From Selaginella moellendorffii (Eukaryota > Plantae > Lycopodiophyta), in assembly GCF_000143415.4 (NCBI RefSeq), contig NW_003314295.1:1732631-1796630 (forward strand): 64,000 nt of DNA. Reading direction: 5' to 3'. The notes beneath the pieces are model-generated. The model did not search any database, was not told where the DNA came from, and was given only the letters and a program-made list of their open reading frames with translations. Below, piece after piece: positions 58,431 through 64,000 of this stretch. Position numbers and translations under genes: made by a program. Within the stretch, counting starts at the first letter, position 1. Each line of letters starts with the position of its first letter.

Positions 58431-60011
58431 TCACTTCAATGCTCTCCGTTTCATGTCCTGGACAAAAGCTTGCAAGTTGGCATACGAGCTTCCGCCAGGT
58501 TTCACGGCTCCTTTGACAGTGTCGCTCAACTCCTTGGCTCTTTTCCGCAGCTCCTGTCCACTTTCCCCCATTACGAGCCTTACCACTTTTTCGATGCGGT
58601 GAGCGCTGGTTTGCTTGTCATGCTCCTCGACCGTGGCACGAAGACCCACTTTAAGATGATCCACGACCAAGGCACAGTTCGTGATCTGGTCCCCAAAGCA
58701 CGGCTTGCACAGCATTGGAACGCCGGTAGCCAAGGCTTCCGTGATGGAATTCCAGCCACAGTGTGTGAGGAATGCTCCCACAGACTTGTGCTCAAGAACC
58801 TGTCGATAAGAACTTTCTTATAAGCTTTCACTTAATTGTTTCGCATGGTTACCTCCAGCTGAGGAGCCCACGGGATGACGAGGCAATTTTGGTTGTTCCT
58901 GACCGTAGCTAAGATCCTTTCTCGGGTGTCCTCGTCTTCAAAGAGATCCAGCCTCGCCACCCACAAGAAAGCACTGCCGCTCTTGTCCAGTCCGGCGAGA
59001 ATCTCCTCCGCTTGATCGTGAGAAGCGGTTGCCAGGCTCCCAAACGAGATGTAGAGCACCGAGTTTGGAGCTTGCCGGTCGAGCCAGTCCAAGCAGCTTC
59101 GGTCCTGCCTCCACGGAGCGTGATCGGCGACTGATAATCGCGAGGTTTCGTCCGATAGACAGTACAATGGCCCGATTGGAACGAAGTTTGGGTTCCAGCA
59201 CCTGGAGATCTCCTTGATCTGCGATGGCTCCACCTCCAGGACGGAGTTGACGAGCACCCAAGCGTCGTTTCTCATTATCTCGTTCCTCTGCTTGCGTTTG
59301 AGAAAGCCTGGATCGTAAGGCTCCTCGACCTGGAGCGTGTCGGGAAGATACTTCGCAGCAAAAGAAGATGGCATTCCGGGGACGAAATCCAAAACTCTGC
59401 TACTTCCTGCAAAGAAAGCTCGTGAATGGAAGATTGAAGTGGTTTTTACCCTGTGCTGGGAGGAGGCCATTGCTTTCGAGCAACGAGAAATGGCAATACG
59501 CGAGACCCCGCGTCGCGCAGCCCGTCCACAAAGTTGCCCTGCAAATCCCGAACTTGTTGGCCACTTGCTGAGTCCACCCAATGAAAACGTCACTGAGTAT
59601 ACAAGTCAGTGGCGGCCGCTGGGAATCGCCCATGAGCTCCGCCACGGTCTTCTCGAAATCGCCCCGCAAGCCCTCCATCGCGTCGAGATACATCTGGAGA
59701 TTGTTTCCAAGCCGGCCAGATGGAAGGCACTCGTCCGAGATGCTCATGAACCTGTTACACAAGATCGAGAATCGATTCAAAGGAGCTTCTCCAGGGAAGA
59801 TCGAGTAAGATTTAACACAAAAGAACTACATCTGTGTGAGGCACCTGAATTTCTCGTCACCAGTGGCGCTGCTTTTGTTCTTGCTGCCAATATTGAGGAA
59901 AGTTATGACGAATCCCATGGAGGAGAGCTTGCGGCAGAGATGCAGCATCGGAGGTATGTGACCCTGGGCCGGAAATGGAAACGCGAGAACGTGAGGCGCC
60001 TGAGAATCCAT
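58431..60011 (-). CDS. UDP-glycosyltransferase (GT1), copy 1. Exons 60011-59845, 59751-59450, 59406-58853, 58799-58431.
   Basis: FPAQGHI, ILSD and PSPG box [35 protein letters not shown]; the spliced frame is open (463 aa). Confidence 0.94.
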
Positions 60012-60479
60012 GGCTTCCTCGATCTACCATACCCAAAACCTACATCTTTTCCAAATGGGAAAAGACACTCGAATAGAAAATTACTTTACGTTCGGCATCC
60101 ATGTCCTCCTTGAAACATGGAACTCCGACTTTGAGAGTCTGAAAACTTGCTGGGCAAAGCAATGCAAGCACAGCATGGAAACTCCTGGACTTGAGAGTTA
60201 AAGTTCCATTTGCAATGAGAAAAAAAATACAAAGTGAATATAATTCATCTTAATTAATATTTTAAAATTAATTTTTACTACTTACTTCACAATATAACTT
60301 TGTAATTTTGGATTAACTATTAACACTATAATTATCAAATCTAAATATTTTTATTTTAGTTTACATTCTAAAAGAATTGACTACCATCCCCATTTTCTCT
60401 ATCTAATTTATTAGAAACTAGCATGAAGCAAGCAATGCCCTCCTCCTCATTGATGCCCACAGTAACAATAACTTCACAA

Positions 60480-61050
60480 GATGAATTTCGAAGCTATTTA
60501 GAAGAATGCTTGGAAATATTTTCTTTTCTCAAAACTGAGATGTCGTCCATGCAAAGGAGATCTTCAATGGAATACAAGAGAAAGATTGTTGCGTATGCTT
60601 ACGGTCAGATAGGAGACTTGGTATTAATGAGAACGGCCATCTAGAATATTCCTTGGACATGTTCCATGAGCAATCTCATGGATGGCTCTTCTTACAGTCA
60701 CCGAGTTTTTCATGGGCTCCAGAGCTGGATCGAATGTCTTGGATGCCACAATGGTCTCACGATACAAGCTTTTTGACACCTTTCACTCCATGGAGGTGGT
60801 CCAGATGACCGACCTGTCTCAGGGCTAATCCAAGGAAATGCAAGATATCAATTTTGTGTATGGTTTGAAGGAGTCTTTGTAGCAGTATATTCTTAATATT
60901 CTACAGCCGTTTGTTCCAGACACTTTGAAGTGCTCGTAGAGAACACAAGTTTGCTAGCAGCAAGTAAGTAATGCTATGTGATCTTTTGGCCACTCGGGCT
61001 GCTCAAAGAAGTGGCTTTTGTCAGGTCGCTGTAGTTTCGCGAAGCACCGA
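60480..61050 (+). pseudogene. Third shadow of the PPR 55869-58424 3' half
   Basis: tttagaagaatgc, atgcttacggtcagataggagacttgg, gacacctttcactccatg, gccgtttgttccagaca; 60985-61050 is the reverse complement of about 58260-58343. Confidence 0.8.
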
Positions 61051-61149
61051 GAGGAAAATTCAACGCATGCTTGTTCTTGGAGCATTTTCTCTGATCGAGG
61101 GACAAAGAAAGCCTATATTGCTGGTATAGATCGCAGAAAAACACCTTTG

Positions 61150-62723
61150 TCAATTCAATGCTCTTCGTTTCATGTCCTCCACAAAAGCTTGCATGTTGGC
61201 ATACGAGCTTCCGCCATGTTTTACGGCTCTTTTGACGGTGTCGCTCAATTCCTTGGCTCGTTTTCGCAGTTCCTGTCCACTTTCCCCCATTACGAGCCTC
61301 ACCACTTTTTCAATCCGGCCAGCGCTGGTTTGCTTGTCCTGCTCCTCGTCCGTAGCACGAAGACCCACTTTGAGATGATCCACCACCAAGGCACAGTTCA
61401 TGATCTGGTCTCCAAAGCAAGGCTTGCACAACATTGGAACTCCGGCGGCCAAGGCCTCCGTGATGGAATTCCAACCACAATGTGTGAGGAATGCTCCCAC
61501 GGACTTGTGCTCAAGAACCTGTAGATGTACAGAACTTGATTATGAGCTTTCATCCTATTGTTTCTGGTACCTCTAGCTGAGGAGCCCACGGGATGACGAG
61601 GCTGTTTTGGCTGTTCCTGACCGTAGCCACGATCTTGTCTCGGGTGTCGTCGTCTTCGAAGAGATCCAGCCTTGCCACCCACAAGAAAGCACTGCCGCTC
61701 TTATCCAGTCCGGCGAGAATCTCTTCCACTTGATCGTGAGAAGCGGTTGCCAGGCTCCCAAAAGAGATGTAGAGCACCGAATTTGGAGCTTGCCGGTCGA
61801 GCCAGTCCAAGCAGCTTCGATCCTGCCTCCAGGGAGAGTGACTGGCGACTGCTAATCGCGCGGTGCGGGTGTCATCCGTACTTAGACAGTGTAAGGGCCC
61901 GATTGGAACGAAGTTTGGGTTCTCGCTCCTGGAGATCTCTTCGATCTGCGATGCCTCCACCTCCAGAACGGAGTTGACGAGCACCCAAGCATCGTTTCTC
62001 ATTATCTCGTTCCTCTGCCGGCGCTTGAGAAAGCCTGGATCGTAAGGCTCCACGTTCTGGATCGTGTCAGGAAGATACTTCGCAGCAAAAGAAGATGGCA
62101 TTCCAGGGATGAAATCCAAAACTCTGCTACTTCCTGCAAAGAGTTTTGTATAATAGTAGCTATGGAAATGGTTCTTACCGTATGCTGGGAGGAGGCCATT
62201 GCTTTCGAGCGACAAGAAATGGAAACACGCGAGAGCCCACGTCGCGCAGCTCGTCCACAAAGTCGCCCTGCAAATCCCAAACTTGTTGGCCACTTGCTGA
62301 GTCCAACCAATGAAAGCGTCACTTAGTATACAAGTGAGAGGCGGCCGCTGCGAATCGCCCATGAGCTCCTCCACGGTTGTCTCGAAATCGCCCCGCAAGC
62401 CCTCCATCGCGTTGAGATACATCTGGAGATTGTTTCCAAGCCGGCCAGATGGGAGGCACTCGTCAGAGATGCTCATGATCCTGTTTACATGAAGTTCTCA
62501 AATGGGTGTTGATAATCGATTCAAAGCACTCTCCAAGAGCTCGAGCACGAAAAAAATACCTGAATTGCTCATCAGCAGTGGAGCTCATGTTCTTGCTGCC
62601 AATGTTGAGGAAAGTTACGACGAATCCCATGGAGGCGAGCTTGCGGCAGAGAAGTATCATCGGGTTTATGTGACCCTGCGTGGGAAATGGAAACGCAAGA
62701 ACGTGAGGCGGCTGGGAATCCAT
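61150..62723 (-). CDS. UDP-glycosyltransferase (GT1), copy 2 (tandem paralog)
   Basis: FPTQGHINPM, PSPG box, and the same three intron positions as copy 1. Confidence 0.93.
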
Positions 62724-62783
62724 GGACGCTTCCTGATCTACCTTACCCAAATACTTTGTTACAGAAAAAACAATTGGTTATTA

Positions 62784-62828
62784 TATAGGCTAGTGGTTAC
62801 GACATGAGTTCGAATCTCGGTGGGACCT
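62784..62828 (+). pseudogene. tRNA-Gln-like relic lacking the anticodon arm
   Basis: ctagtggttacgaca joined to gagttcgaatctcggtgggacct, i.e. the D-arm, T-arm and 3' acceptor strand of a plant tRNA-Gln. Confidence 0.7.
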
Positions 62829-62949
62829 CGAAATCGTCACTTTCGTTTTAGGATCGCTAATGCCATTGAATGATTAACATGAGGTGGGAGGTCAGATGGA
62901 TTCCCCGGGATGAATCTCACATAAAGTCGCTTGTAGAACTTGCTTACCA

Positions 62950-63959
62950 GGTCGCCATTGTTTCTGAGATGCCGGGAGATGGATCCCTCGGTAATGTTCA
63001 GAAGGAAACTTCAGCTGCAGCATAGCTTTGGAGGCTTAGACCGTTGGAAATTGTTGGAACCAAACACTTGCCCTGGTCGAGTGTGAGGATCGCGAATGAT
63101 TCCCCGGTTTCGGCATTTGGTTTTATCACCTCGTCAATGGTCCTGAAAAACCAAGGCATGCAGAACGTAGCATGAGTTTCGCGATCAATCAGTTCCTGCC
63201 GTAAAACAAGTTTGTCATGGTTCCAGAAACTATATGCATGCGTACCTCTTCGACCATATCGTTCCATGCCAGCTCCAAGCGTGTAACATGCCAGTCCTCG
63301 AAGGACGTGAACTAGGGTTGGCAACTCGCATCCGTGAGAACAATCAAGCAGAGAATTCCTCCAGGAACAATCTCTTGTGCTCGGCAGGATAAGAACCGGC
63401 AAAGATCCTCATGAGCTTGCACCACAAAGGCTTCATTCCTCGCCGTGAATGGACCACACCGATCATCCACGTTCCTCTCCGGAGTCTGGAGAGACGACCA
63501 AAATGCCCATAGAAGGAAGAACTAAATCGAAGGAATGAACTTGAATCCAGTCTCACCTTGGACAGCCAATGCGACGATATGTTACACATTACAATGTGGA
63601 GGCTGGAGCTGGGAAAGAGACGCTCGTAAAAGGATCCAGAGACAGCGGCAGTGAAGCGTCGCAGTGATGGCGATGACTGTTCTAGCTGCTGGAACAGCGT
63701 GTTGAAGTCATTGGAGCTCAAGTCCGAGAAGAAGGCTTGGATCTCGAGCATGCTCGAATTGCCTCGGCAACAAGCCCCACTACACGGATTGTGTTGTAGC
63801 CAGACGCACATCCCAGATCGGCTATGCGGACCGAGCTCGTTTCGTCATAGCCAAAGTCACTTGCTGCTATCACATTCTTGAGAGCTGGAGCAATGAGCGA
63901 GAAACCCATCGCTTGCTTGGCGGAGTTTCGAGTGTATTGATTCCCACTCCGCCCAGCAT
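62950..63959 (-). pseudogene. SABATH (SAM-dependent carboxyl) methyltransferase, frameshifted
   Basis: MLGG.G..YTRNS..Q, IADLGCASGYNT, FFSDLSSNDFNTLF, GSFYERLFP..SLH, SHWLSK; frame breaks at about 63940 and 63755. Confidence 0.85.
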
Positions 63960-64000
63960 TCTAACTCGCCAGAAGAATGTCCCTAGTTTATAGATCCTGT

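Noticed and set aside
1-64000. Conserved miRNA, snoRNA or rRNA genes
   Set aside because: No recognisable mature sequences or box motifs found by eye; absence is not proven without a covariance-model search.

Overview
Gene-dense land-plant nuclear DNA. The 43-70 nt GT/GC-AG introns, intergenic gaps of 6-260 nt and many intronless short-repeat PLS-class PPR genes suggest the lycophyte Selaginella; this is an inference, not a database result. Apparently intact genes, in order: PIN auxin carrier, PPR, F-box/LRR with an adjacent tRNA-Asn, a hypothetical membrane protein, a DUF3411/RETICULATA-related protein, a PUB17-like U-box/ARM ligase, AXY9, an LRR receptor-like protein, OPA3-like, CRTISO, GT14/DUF266 glycosyltransferase, PPR, MinE1, PPR, clade A PP2C, an EPFL peptide, PPR and two UGTs. 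There are also a frameshifted PPR, two mRNA-cap methyltransferase pseudogenes and a SABATH pseudogene. The main unexplained structure is that much of the 'intergenic' DNA consists of 'shadow' copies of neighbouring genes. These are collinear but condensed by many small deletions, partly inverted, rich in C>T/G>A changes, and they border AT-rich blocks. This looks like a duplicate, shred and deaminate process, and some shadows form foldbacks that could yield small RNAs. Protein-level highlights: a kinase-less RLP with a BRI1-like island domain, an EPFL peptide with a duplicated half-domain, and a PIN with His at the auxin-binding Asn112 position. All alignments were done by eye and reference motifs are recalled from memory.
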